A stretch of 48,742 nucleotides of DNA from Candidatus Parcubacteria bacterium (GCA_018664825.1 JABJNO010000017.1:1-48742), one strand, 5' to 3'; counted from the first letter of the stretch, positions 36,776 to 44,686 are shown. A program made the numbers and translations. Notes: a model not told the origin generated them from the letters alone.

Positions 36776-37010
36776 AGTTCATTGATAAGGTGCTCGGAAA
36801 AACAAAAGCCGTTTGGGGTGTAATGGTTCGAATCCTAACATTTGGGCGGAGATCTATATCTTTTGTTGTAGAATACGTGGGAGACTTTGACGTTGTGACG
36901 CTAGTCACAAAATAGTCGTCAGTGAAATACCACTGCTTAAGATCTCTAGATCAAAACCTCCGAGCACCCACTTACATCAAGCCTCTAGAATATCTAGAGG
37001 CTTTTTATTT
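36776..37010 (+). ncRNA. Putative stand-alone ncRNA C containing a 23S rRNA L1-stalk (H76-H78) mimic and a tRNA T-loop-like motif
   Basis: Closing helix GGUGCUCGGA 36789-36798/UCCGAGCACC 36959-36968; GGUUCGAAUCC 36825-36835; 36867-36933 aligns without gaps to the L1-stalk head of 23S rRNA as recalled; terminator 36979-37010. Confidence 0.82.
36979..37010 (+). terminator. Intrinsic terminator of ncRNA C
   Basis: AAGCCTCTAGA-ATA-TCTAGAGGCTT-TTTATTT. Confidence 0.9.
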
Positions 37011-37027
37011 TAAAATAAAAAGACACA

Positions 37028-37213
37028 CTATGACAGTGTGTCTTGTTTTGGATCTTCTCGGAGACACTCGGGTACATGATTCATCACTCGATGAAATTCT
37101 TCGTCAATTTCTTGGCGGATTACTTTGGGGTCTAGTGAAAGTCCTTTCTCGGTTCTGATTGCAATGGCACGAGCCAAAAAAACATCACGGATAATCCAAA
37201 CTGGACCTTGCAT
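37028..37213 (-). CDS. Small hypothetical protein
   Basis: SD AAAGGAG; stop lies in terminator AAGACACACT/AGTGTGTCTT. Confidence 0.65.
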   Translation of the reverse strand: MQGPVWIIRDVFLARAIAIRTEKGLSLDPKVIRQEIDEEFHRVMNHVPECLREDPKQDTLS

Positions 37214-37261
37214 TGTAGTCTCCTTTGCTTTTGGTTTGTATGAACGATTATATTTTATATA

Positions 37262-37462
37262 TTATTCTTTTGATTCATCAGACATTTTTTGTAAAATAAT
37301 GATTCTTTGTTGTTCTCTTATAAGTTTATCTTTGTAAGATATTTTTACTTCTTGCCAAACATAAAGTGCAGTTATAAAAATAACGGAAATAAAAATAAAA
37401 ATTATCATAATTTCATAAATATTATGAAATCCCTTTCGATTTTTAGGTAGATGCATGTTCAT
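37262..37462 (-). CDS. Small single-TM protein
   Basis: 66 aa; KG-F...E resembles a degenerate prepilin start. Confidence 0.55.
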   Translation of the reverse strand: MNMHLPKNRKGFHNIYEIMIIFIFISVIFITALYVWQEVKISYKDKLIREQQRIIILQKMSDESKE

Positions 37463-37465
37463 ATT

Positions 37466-37867
37466 TTAAATATTGAAAACAAAGTCAAAGAGAATACCAG
37501 CAATCAAAGCAATACCTGAAAGAATAAAGATAACATAATAATTCCATCTTTCTTTGGATGAAACCAAAGTTCTCAGTATATATTCCAAAGCCTTGTTGTC
37601 ATCTGGAGTGAGTTCGTCTAGAGTATTGGCGTCTAGTTTTTCTTTTAATCTATGCTCCACTATCAAGTTGGAACGTTTTTTTGATATATCAAAGCGATGA
37701 ATAAAGTATAAGATAAATCCAATAGTACCAACATACCAAGATATTTTTACCCAAGTATCACTATAATAGTTCAATACTATGATAGCTCGATAAGCTAGTG
37801 TAGCTACGATGCCTGCCCAAAAATAAAAAAGTCGAACTGATTTTGGGCTTGTTTTTATATCTTCCAT
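37466..37867 (-). CDS. Three-TM membrane protein
   Basis: 133 aa with three hydrophobic segments. Confidence 0.75.
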   Translation of the reverse strand: MEDIKTSPKSVRLFYFWAGIVATLAYRAIIVLNYYSDTWVKISWYVGTIGFILYFIHRFDISKKRSNLIVEHRLKEKLDANTLDELTPDDNKALEYILRTLVSSKERWNYYVIFILSGIALIAGILFDFVFNI

Positions 37868-37936
37868 ATTTAAATAATTTATTTATTATGTTTATATTAT
37901 ATCAAAAATAATATATTTTAGCGATTTTAATATATA

Positions 37937-37965
37937 TTGACAAAATAGTGTATTTATGCTATTAT
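37937..37965 (+). promoter_or_regulatory. sigma70 promoter
   Basis: TTGACA-AAATAGTGTATTTATGC-TATTAT. Confidence 0.85.
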
Positions 37966-38009
37966 ATATAGTTCATTGTTCGTCGAAAAATTTCAAATCT
38001 TAGGAGGTC

Positions 38010-38723
38010 GTGATGACAAGGTTACTATCTTGGTTTCAAGTCATCAAGACTTGGGCGAAATCTAGAATAGTTGAGATACTATTTTGGTTCCAGGTCATCA
38101 TGATCTGGGTTTATGCAATTCCACAAGCCAAACACCTGATCGCTGGTAAGACCACGGGTCTCACCCTCGCTCTTTGGCTCTGTTTCTTGGGCTATCTTGT
38201 AGTAGGGCTCTCGTTGTCTATCCTGGCTTATCGTGAGCCGATCCTAAACAAGGAAACAGAAGAAGAAAGATTAAAGGAAAAGAAAAAACGTCTTTATACT
38301 ATCCTCATCTTTGCTCTGATTGGCCTTGTGATGTTTGGCCTTTTTCTCTTGGCCATCAAAACTGTCCGATGGACAACTGGAGATACTGCCGTCAGTATAG
38401 TAGTCGTCGTCCTATCGATACTTACGAGTTGTTATTTTCGTAGTATCAAGGATCCGATGGCTCGTGGTTGGCTAGCAGTATGGTGCAAAGGAGTGGCTCA
38501 GCTTTGGGCAGGTTACGTGATGTTTACATCCGTCAGTTCAGAGTGGATACCTCCATTGTCTATGTTGGCTACCCACGGTACTATGTGGACTCGTTTTTTC
38601 CAAGTATACTCCCAAGGTAAAAGTGGTGGTTGGGATAGACCAACCAAGGGTCTGATGTTGGGCGAAAGTTCCAATGTCATTTCTTGGTCATTGGTCACCA
38701 TCCTCTGGTTTTTTCTAAGATAA
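38010..38723 (+). CDS. Multi-pass membrane protein, PQ-loop-like
   Basis: SD AGGAGG; AIPQ....GKTTGLTL resembles a PQ-loop repeat; about 7 TM. Confidence 0.7.
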   Translation: MMTRLLSWFQVIKTWAKSRIVEILFWFQVIMIWVYAIPQAKHLIAGKTTGLTLALWLCFLGYLVVGLSLSILAYREPILNKETEEERLKEKKKRLYTILIFALIGLVMFGLFLLAIKTVRWTTGDTAVSIVVVVLSILTSCYFRSIKDPMARGWLAVWCKGVAQLWAGYVMFTSVSSEWIPPLSMLATHGTMWTRFFQVYSQGKSGGWDRPTKGLMLGESSNVISWSLVTILWFFLR

Positions 38724-38729
38724 CAAAAA

Positions 38730-38765
38730 CAGGACCAGCAAGAAATTGCTGGTCCTTTTCATTTT
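38730..38765 (+). terminator. Intrinsic terminator
   Basis: AGGACCAGCAA-GAAA-TTGCTGGTCCT-TTT. Confidence 0.9.
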
Positions 38766-38770
38766 AATCA

Positions 38771-38987
38771 AAAAAGCTCTACTAGATAGTAGGGCTTTGT
38801 TTTAAAGTAAAAGGAAAACCCGCGAAAGTTTTCCAGGGAAGAAGATGGTTGGGTTGATACTCTTTGTCCGAAGACTCTGAATTTTGGCCACTGACCAGTT
38901 CTTGAATTTGTCGCATGCGACATGGTGTCCGTAAGGACGTCTGGGCTTTCGCGGGTGATTACCTAACTGATTACTCAGTAGGTACTC
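38771..38987 (-). ncRNA. Putative structured ncRNA D, copy 1
   Basis: Promoter TTGACA-16-TAATAT with extended TG (39018-38991); GUAA-capped 5' hairpin; 11-bp helix ACCCGCGAAAG/CUUUCGCGGGU; C(UUCG)G hairpin; terminator 38798-38771; paralogue at 44.5 kb. Confidence 0.8.
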
Positions 38988-39146
38988 GTTATATTATCAG
39001 ACTGACAGAATCTGTCAAGCGATTTATGCGAGAGTTATCAACAATATAAAATCTGGTAGATAAAAGTCGACTAAATTACGTTGTAGCCAAATGGATACAA
39101 AAAAACTTTTATAGCGTCTTGTGGGTATAGTGGTTGTTGTTCAGAC

Positions 39147-39175
39147 TTGACAAAATACATTTTTTAGTGTAGAAT
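39147..39175 (+). promoter_or_regulatory. sigma70 promoter of DEAD-box helicase
   Basis: TTGACA-17-TAGAAT about 95 nt upstream of ATG. Confidence 0.8.
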
Positions 39176-39272
39176 ATTCTATTATTATGCTTCAACTTTA
39201 AAGAAGCAGACTCGGAACCTCTCGTTTTATATAGATACGACCAGATGGATCATTGGGTCGTAATTTTTATAT

Positions 39273-40616
39273 ATGACAAAAACAACAAGTAAAGACTTGG
39301 ATTTTAATGGATTGGGTATCTCTCCAAGCATATTAAAGCAATTGAAAAAATTGAACTTTAATATACCAACACCTATACAACATCAATCAATACCTATTGC
39401 TATAAAAGGTCAGGACATGATGGGCATTGCCCAGACTGGTACTGGTAAGACTTTGGCTTTTGGTATTCCAATGCTACAAATAGTACAGGCCAACAATAGT
39501 GCTGGTCTAGTAGTTTTGCCTACTCGTGAGCTAGCTGCTCAAGTAGATCAATCTCTCAAAACACTTGGGAGTGCTTTTGGTATCCGTACAGCTATTTTGA
39601 TTGGCGGAACTCCAATAGAACCTCAAATGAGAGCATTGAACAAAAGACCTCATGTCATCATAGCTACTCCTGGAAGATTGATAGATCATATCAATAGAAA
39701 GAGAGCTATCTTGAGCAATGTAAAAATTTTGGTATTGGACGAAGCTGATCGTATGCTCGATATGGGATTTGAGCCAGATATCAAAAGAATATTAGCCGCT
39801 ATCCCCGCTGGCAGACGTCAGACTATGCTTTTTTCAGCTACTATGCCGATGAAAATAACCAAGCTAGCCGAAGGCTATTTGCGCTCACCTATCCGAGTAG
39901 AAGTTGCTCCAGCTGGAAGTACTGCCAAAAGTATAGAGCAAGAAGTATTTATTATACCCAAACCAAAGAAACTTTCTTTATTGGACAGTCTGTTGTCTGA
40001 ATACAAAGAGCGTGTGCTTGTATTTAGCAGAACCAAGCATGGTGCAAAAAAGATTACTAGAACACTAAACTCACTAGGACACAAAGCTGCAGAAATACAT
40101 TCAAATAGATCATTGACCCAACGAACTAGAGCTCTCAAGGATTTCAAATCCGGTGCAGTTCGAGTTTTGATAGCTACTGATATTGCTTCACGTGGTATTG
40201 ATGTCAAAGATATAGAATTGGTAATCAATTATGATTTACCTGAGCAGGCCGAAGATTATGTTCATCGTATTGGACGTACTGGTAGAGCTGGTAAAAAAGG
40301 TAAAGCCATTTCATTTGTTGCCCCTGATCAAAAAAGAGATTTATTTTTAATCGAACGACTTGTTCGTGTAAAATTACCCATCAAACCATTGCCTGAAATG
40401 AAGGAGCATATTTCTATACCAAAAGAGCCAATCAGAAGAAGTTTTGTTGGGCGAGGTAGTAGATCAGCTAGTGGAAGATCCACAGGTGGTAGATCTGGTA
40501 GATCTGGTAGATCTAGCAGGCCAAGTAGACCAAATAAACCAGCCAAGAGTTCTGGTGGTTTCAAAAGTCGTCGTCGTAGACCAGGTAAAAGTGCTCGTAA
40601 CAAGACTAGTCAATAA
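39273..40616 (+). CDS. DEAD-box RNA helicase (RhlE/CshA-like) with basic R/G/S tail
   Basis: Q motif PTPIQ, AQTGTGKT, PTRELA, TPGR, DEAD, SAT, HRIGRTGR. Confidence 0.97.
   Translation: MTKTTSKDLDFNGLGISPSILKQLKKLNFNIPTPIQHQSIPIAIKGQDMMGIAQTGTGKTLAFGIPMLQIVQANNSAGLVVLPTRELAAQVDQSLKTLGSAFGIRTAILIGGTPIEPQMRALNKRPHVIIATPGRLIDHINRKRAILSNVKILVLDEADRMLDMGFEPDIKRILAAIPAGRRQTMLFSATMPMKITKLAEGYLRSPIRVEVAPAGSTAKSIEQEVFIIPKPKKLSLLDSLLSEYKERVLVFSRTKHGAKKITRTLNSLGHKAAEIHSNRSLTQRTRALKDFKSGAVRVLIATDIASRGIDVKDIELVINYDLPEQAEDYVHRIGRTGRAGKKGKAISFVAPDQKRDLFLIERLVRVKLPIKPLPEMKEHISIPKEPIRRSFVGRGSRSASGRSTGGRSGRSGRSSRPSRPNKPAKSSGGFKSRRRRPGKSARNKTSQ
40488..40514 (+). repeat. (GGTAGATCT)x3 coding tandem repeat (GRS)3
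   Basis: Seen directly in the helicase tail. Confidence 0.85.
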
Positions 40617-41116
40617 TGAGAGTACCTATTCGAAAAGCTGGTAAATATACTTTTATAAAACCCGATCCATATATTACTCAAGAAAAATTTGATGAGCTCG
40701 TCAAAAATCTAGAAAGATTGAAAAAAGTTGTTCAACCAAAGCTGATAGGAGAAGTCAAAAGATTGGGAGAAATGGGAGATTTTTCTGAAAATACAGCATA
40801 TCAAATGGCCAAAGGTAAGCTACGTGGTATAAATCAAAAGATAATCCAGACTGAAAAACAACTTGGCATTGCCAAAATTATCAAGACAGACAAAAATGCT
40901 CTGGTAGTTCAGATAGGTAGTAGAGTGATTGTTGAAATAAACAAACAAACTCAAAAATTTCAGATTTTGGGATCACTAGAAACTAGTCCTGGTACAGGAA
41001 CAATTTCTCATCAGTCCCCTCTTGGCAAAGCTTTGCTGAATAAAAAACTGGGAGATGTAGTACAAGTAAAAACTGAGGACAGGAAAATAGAATATAAAAT
41101 AATAAATATAGAATAA
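40616..41116 (+). CDS. GreA/GreB family transcript cleavage factor
   Basis: YIT.E, GDFSENTAY, V.IGS.V, ISHQSPLGKALL. Confidence 0.92.
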   Translation: MRVPIRKAGKYTFIKPDPYITQEKFDELVKNLERLKKVVQPKLIGEVKRLGEMGDFSENTAYQMAKGKLRGINQKIIQTEKQLGIAKIIKTDKNALVVQIGSRVIVEINKQTQKFQILGSLETSPGTGTISHQSPLGKALLNKKLGDVVQVKTEDRKIEYKIINIE

Positions 41117-41180
41117 AAAACTACCCACCGGGTAGTTTTTTGATAGACTTTTCACAATTTAACAAAATTATGCTATATTT

Positions 41181-41645
41181 ATGCATATGGAATTAATACT
41201 TATAGGTTTACATGCTGGAATTGGAGAGATCGGAGCTTTGTCTTTTTTATGGGTGTTCATAGAATTGCTTAGTCCCAATCTCCAACGAGTAGCCAGAGCA
41301 AAGGTTGCTGCTATGATAGGCGTAGTGGCGTTATTTACTTCATGGATTATAGGAGGTTATTATTATGTGACTTTTTATGGAGCAAATGTAAAACCAGCAA
41401 TCAAGGCTGGTCCTATGCCTTGGGCACATCTGGTCATGACAGAAACCAAAGAACACGTTTTTCTCTTTTTGCCATTTTTGGCAATTTTAATCTTGGGCTT
41501 GATACACGCACACAAAGAACAATTGCTAAAAGGTGAACGTATCAAATCAATTCTTATTTTAAGTCTCTTGGTATTTTTGATTAGTATGGCTATGGCTGGT
41601 ATGGGCTATATGATATCAAGTGGTTTTAGGAGCGCTATTACATAA
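41181..41645 (+). CDS. Four-TM membrane protein
   Basis: H..GE, GGYYYV..YG..VK..IK.G..PWAH..E.KEH.FLF. Confidence 0.78.
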   Translation: MHMELILIGLHAGIGEIGALSFLWVFIELLSPNLQRVARAKVAAMIGVVALFTSWIIGGYYYVTFYGANVKPAIKAGPMPWAHLVMTETKEHVFLFLPFLAILILGLIHAHKEQLLKGERIKSILILSLLVFLISMAMAGMGYMISSGFRSAIT

Positions 41646-41649
41646 ATAT

Positions 41650-41955
41650 ATGAAGAAAATAAATCCACAAGCATTAGCAAGATCTACTTCATTTACAATT
41701 ATTCTAATTGTTATAATGACTATATGGTCAGAGCTTCATTCTGCATTCAAAGGTGTTTTGACAGATATGAGTGGCCATCACTGGGTAAGTAAAGGTATAA
41801 TTTCTCTGGTATTTTTTGCAATAATGTATTTCCTTATGCACAAAAAAGCCGTTGGTCACGATGCCAAACAATGTGAGATGGGTCCTGTATGGATGACAGT
41901 CGCCGGTGGCCTGATTATTTTTATCTTTTATCTCTGGCATTATCTAGCAGCCTAA
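41650..41955 (+). CDS. Three-TM membrane protein
   Basis: Start ATG 41650; GHHWVSK motif. Confidence 0.72.
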   Translation: MKKINPQALARSTSFTIILIVIMTIWSELHSAFKGVLTDMSGHHWVSKGIISLVFFAIMYFLMHKKAVGHDAKQCEMGPVWMTVAGGLIIFIFYLWHYLAA

Positions 41956-41973
41956 GTACAATAAACATCAAAT

Positions 41974-42001
41974 AAAAAATCACCCAGCTGGGTGATTTTT
42001 A
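41974..42001. terminator. Bidirectional terminator
   Basis: AAAAATCACCC-AGCT-GGGTGATTTTT. Confidence 0.85.
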
Positions 42002-42012
42002 GTTTTGATTTT

Positions 42013-43632
42013 TTATTCTACCAAGCTTTTACCCTGCCATTTCATCTGACGAAGCATAGCTAGTTCTGCTTCGCTTGGTTTGTGAAATATTTCATCATAT
42101 TCATACTCTGTTGGGTCAGTGTCATATTCAGCGTCTACTTCATCCATTTTTGCTTCTGCACTTTCAGGAGTATTACCCATTGCACCATTGTATATTCTAG
42201 CTAAATATTCATTTAAAAAACTCTCAAACTCATCTTTTTCTCTACTATCGTCTTGTTCTTCTTTAGTTAATTCAGCAAAATTTTCAGGTTTAGGCTTTAT
42301 GTCCGTTAAGTCATGTTTGGTAGTTATTTCTGTAGAAAAATTTTCAATAGCTTCATCATCACTTAAGTCTAGATCCTCAATATTAAAACCAATATCTGAA
42401 TAATATGGCAGATCATCTCCAAATCTATCTCTCTGTCCTTTTAGAGACATAGTTAGTAGCTCAGCTGTACCGGGACCTTCGTAGCCTTCTGCTCCTAGTT
42501 TTGTCTTAAAAAAATCATGAAAAGCTTCGTGTGGTAGGCAGGTTTCGGTGATGACTTTTTGTTTTTCATTGCTAGCCATATAATCAGCCAAATCTTGCTC
42601 TACTTTTTCTTTGTGTTTAGAAATAAGTGCTGGTATTTCAGATGGATTTGTGGCAGGACCAGAAATCTGCTCCATGGCATCCCAAATCTCTTCAATTTTT
42701 TGTCTTTTTTCATCTCTTGATAGGTTTGAGCGCTCTACTTGCGTTAACAGGGTAAGTCTTTCAGCTGTAATAGCTGTCGCAACTGCTGCCATTTCTAGTT
42801 GAGCTTTTTTTCTTTCTTTATCATTATCTTGGTCCAAAAATATAGCCTCAGTCGAATGTTGATAAAAAGCTCCATAAGCAAATCTACCAATATCCCCAAA
42901 GTCTACTTGGACAACTTCAAGGCTCTCATCATCAAAAGAAATCTCTCCACTAGCAATAGCTTTGTCTAGAGCTTCTTTTAGGGGGTCTGTATTTGTAAAC
43001 ATCTCATAAGGTTCGGGTATTTCCAATGAGTGGACACTTACCTCGTCTACAAAACTGCATTGCTCTAAGCCATCTTTAATCTCAGATTCAGATAAGGTAG
43101 TTTCGTGTTCTGAGTATTGATCGATTAATTCATTTACTTCTTCTAGGTCTTCATTTTCTTGTTCAGTTGTTTGTTCGCTCGCCTCACCCGTTTTGCTAAA
43201 AAGGCCAAGCTCAGCACCAGCAGCAACGCCAGCGGCTGTTTTGGTAGATATATCAACAAATTTTCTTCTAGACATTTGGCCTGGTTCGCCCGTTTCATCT
43301 GTATCTTCAGGAATAGAATCAGCAGAAACTAGACTCTTTATTTTATCTTTTGTGGTAATTACCAAAGTGTTAATAGTTTCAGTAATTTGAGACATTTTTT
43401 CTTTGGCAGTATCCAAAAAACCAGAACCACCTTCTACTTCTTCGGCTTTTAGACCACTAGCAGCTTCGCTCAAAAGATTTTCTCCACTTTCTATCACCTC
43501 AGTAGAGTTATCATCAATTTTGGCCTCTACTACTTCTGGGGATTCGGTTGTATTTTCTACTGCTGATTCAACACTAGATTCTTGTTGCCCTTCATTTGAA
43601 CTTGGGTTTTCTGAACTTGAGTTTTCAAACAT
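42013..43632 (-). CDS. Highly acidic protein with internal twin-arginine-like motif and HExxH zincin motif
   Basis: MSRRKF + hydrophobic stretch at residue 120; PHEAFH and distal NEYLA. Confidence 0.75.
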   Translation of the reverse strand: MFENSSSENPSSNEGQQESSVESAVENTTESPEVVEAKIDDNSTEVIESGENLLSEAASGLKAEEVEGGSGFLDTAKEKMSQITETINTLVITTKDKIKSLVSADSIPEDTDETGEPGQMSRRKFVDISTKTAAGVAAGAELGLFSKTGEASEQTTEQENEDLEEVNELIDQYSEHETTLSESEIKDGLEQCSFVDEVSVHSLEIPEPYEMFTNTDPLKEALDKAIASGEISFDDESLEVVQVDFGDIGRFAYGAFYQHSTEAIFLDQDNDKERKKAQLEMAAVATAITAERLTLLTQVERSNLSRDEKRQKIEEIWDAMEQISGPATNPSEIPALISKHKEKVEQDLADYMASNEKQKVITETCLPHEAFHDFFKTKLGAEGYEGPGTAELLTMSLKGQRDRFGDDLPYYSDIGFNIEDLDLSDDEAIENFSTEITTKHDLTDIKPKPENFAELTKEEQDDSREKDEFESFLNEYLARIYNGAMGNTPESAEAKMDEVDAEYDTDPTEYEYDEIFHKPSEAELAMLRQMKWQGKSLVE

Positions 43633-43641
43633 AATAAAATA

Positions 43642-43797
43642 TTATAATTCTCTTCTAATTTTCTCCAATTTTTTTTGTTCTACTTGGTTTATAAAATCAT
43701 TGATAACCTTTGACTGCTCTTTTTGCAATTCACGAAGTTTATCAATATATTCATCGTATATATCTTCTATTTTGTTTTTTTCGTCTTTTTTATCCAT
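43642..43797 (-). CDS. 51-aa charged helical peptide (not in ORF track)
   Basis: MDKKDEKNKIEDIYDEYIDKLRELQKEQSKVINDFINQVEQKKLEKIRREL; 9 nt upstream of 43632 start. Confidence 0.65.
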   Translation of the reverse strand: MDKKDEKNKIEDIYDEYIDKLRELQKEQSKVINDFINQVEQKKLEKIRREL

Positions 43798-43838
43798 AAT
43801 ATTAACGCATCTTGGATGATTTTTAGTTTTGAAATTTT

Positions 43839-44447
43839 TTATTCAACGAAAGTAAAACTTTTTACCACTGCTTCAAAAATAGATTGATTTTGTGGTAAAT
43901 CACTAGATACATACATCAAACGAAAAGTCTGTTCACCTTTTTCAAAATGATATTCAATCATTTTATTTTCATTAGTCTGTATTTCAAATCGTGTAGCTGG
44001 CTGTCCGGCTACAGTAATTTGTTTGCTGGCGTATCCTGTCATATTTTTTTTGAGCTCTTCCAAATCAAATCTTGATTTTTCTATTACAATTTGTCCCAAA
44101 TATTCAGACCCTAGACCAATGAGAGCATTTTTGTCTGATATAAAATAATCATCTATCAATTCATTTGTACCAGCGGCAGTCAAATTATTTTTCATAAAAT
44201 GTTGCCAATACCAATTGTCAGGCCTCATGATTGTATAGCCCATTGCTTTGTTTTCATACAATACATAGTCAACATCGACAGCTACTACAGTAGTATCTTT
44301 TTTTGTATCTTTTTTAGTAGTGTCAGCATCCTTGGTATCCTCTACTTGATTTGTGTCTAAAGGTTTATCTTCCTCTACATTTTTTGAGGTACATCCTGCA
44401 CCCATCAACAAAGGCACGACAAGTAAAAGTAATAATGTTTTTTTCAT
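43839..44447 (-). CDS. Lipoprotein with PsbP-like C-terminal domain
   Basis: LLMGAGC lipobox; YEN..GY.I..P..W; F..VVKSF.F. Confidence 0.8.
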   Translation of the reverse strand: MKKTLLLLLVVPLLMGAGCTSKNVEEDKPLDTNQVEDTKDADTTKKDTKKDTTVVAVDVDYVLYENKAMGYTIMRPDNWYWQHFMKNNLTAAGTNELIDDYFISDKNALIGLGSEYLGQIVIEKSRFDLEELKKNMTGYASKQITVAGQPATRFEIQTNENKMIEYHFEKGEQTFRLMYVSSDLPQNQSIFEAVVKSFTFVE

Positions 44448-44484
44448 AGTTTTTGTATTTTAGTATTTATAAACTTATTATATC

Positions 44485-44686
44485 AAAAAATCGCCTATTG
44501 GGCGATTTTGAAGTAAAAGGAAAACCCGCGAAAGTTTTCCAGAAGAAGAGTTTTTAGGTTGGGTTGTTACTCGTTGTCCGAAGACTCTGAATTTTTGGCC
44601 ACTGACCATTCTTCTTGTTTCTTTTGACGGAAACGTTCTAGTTGCTTTCGCGGGTGATTACCGAACTGATTACTCAGTAGGTACTC
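44485..44686 (-). ncRNA. Putative structured ncRNA D, copy 2
   Basis: Homologous to 38805-39018 including the promoter (44717-44690); same helices; different terminator (44509-44485). Confidence 0.8.

Noticed and set aside
36800-36860. tRNA gene suggested by GGTTCGAATCC
   Set aside because: No cloverleaf: no anticodon arm, no 5-bp T-stem context and no acceptor stem; kept only as a motif within ncRNA C
36867-36933. 23S rRNA gene or rRNA pseudogene
   Set aside because: Similarity is confined to the L1-stalk head; flanks are not rRNA-like and the segment has its own promoter, closing helix and terminator
36922-37158. ORF-track 78-aa ORF
   Set aside because: Runs through two terminators and antisense to the SD-led 37213 gene; no SD
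30600-38800. Integron cassette array or prophage
   Set aside because: No integrase, attC-like repeats or phage hallmark genes; units carry their own promoters, lie on both strands and alternate with core-type genes
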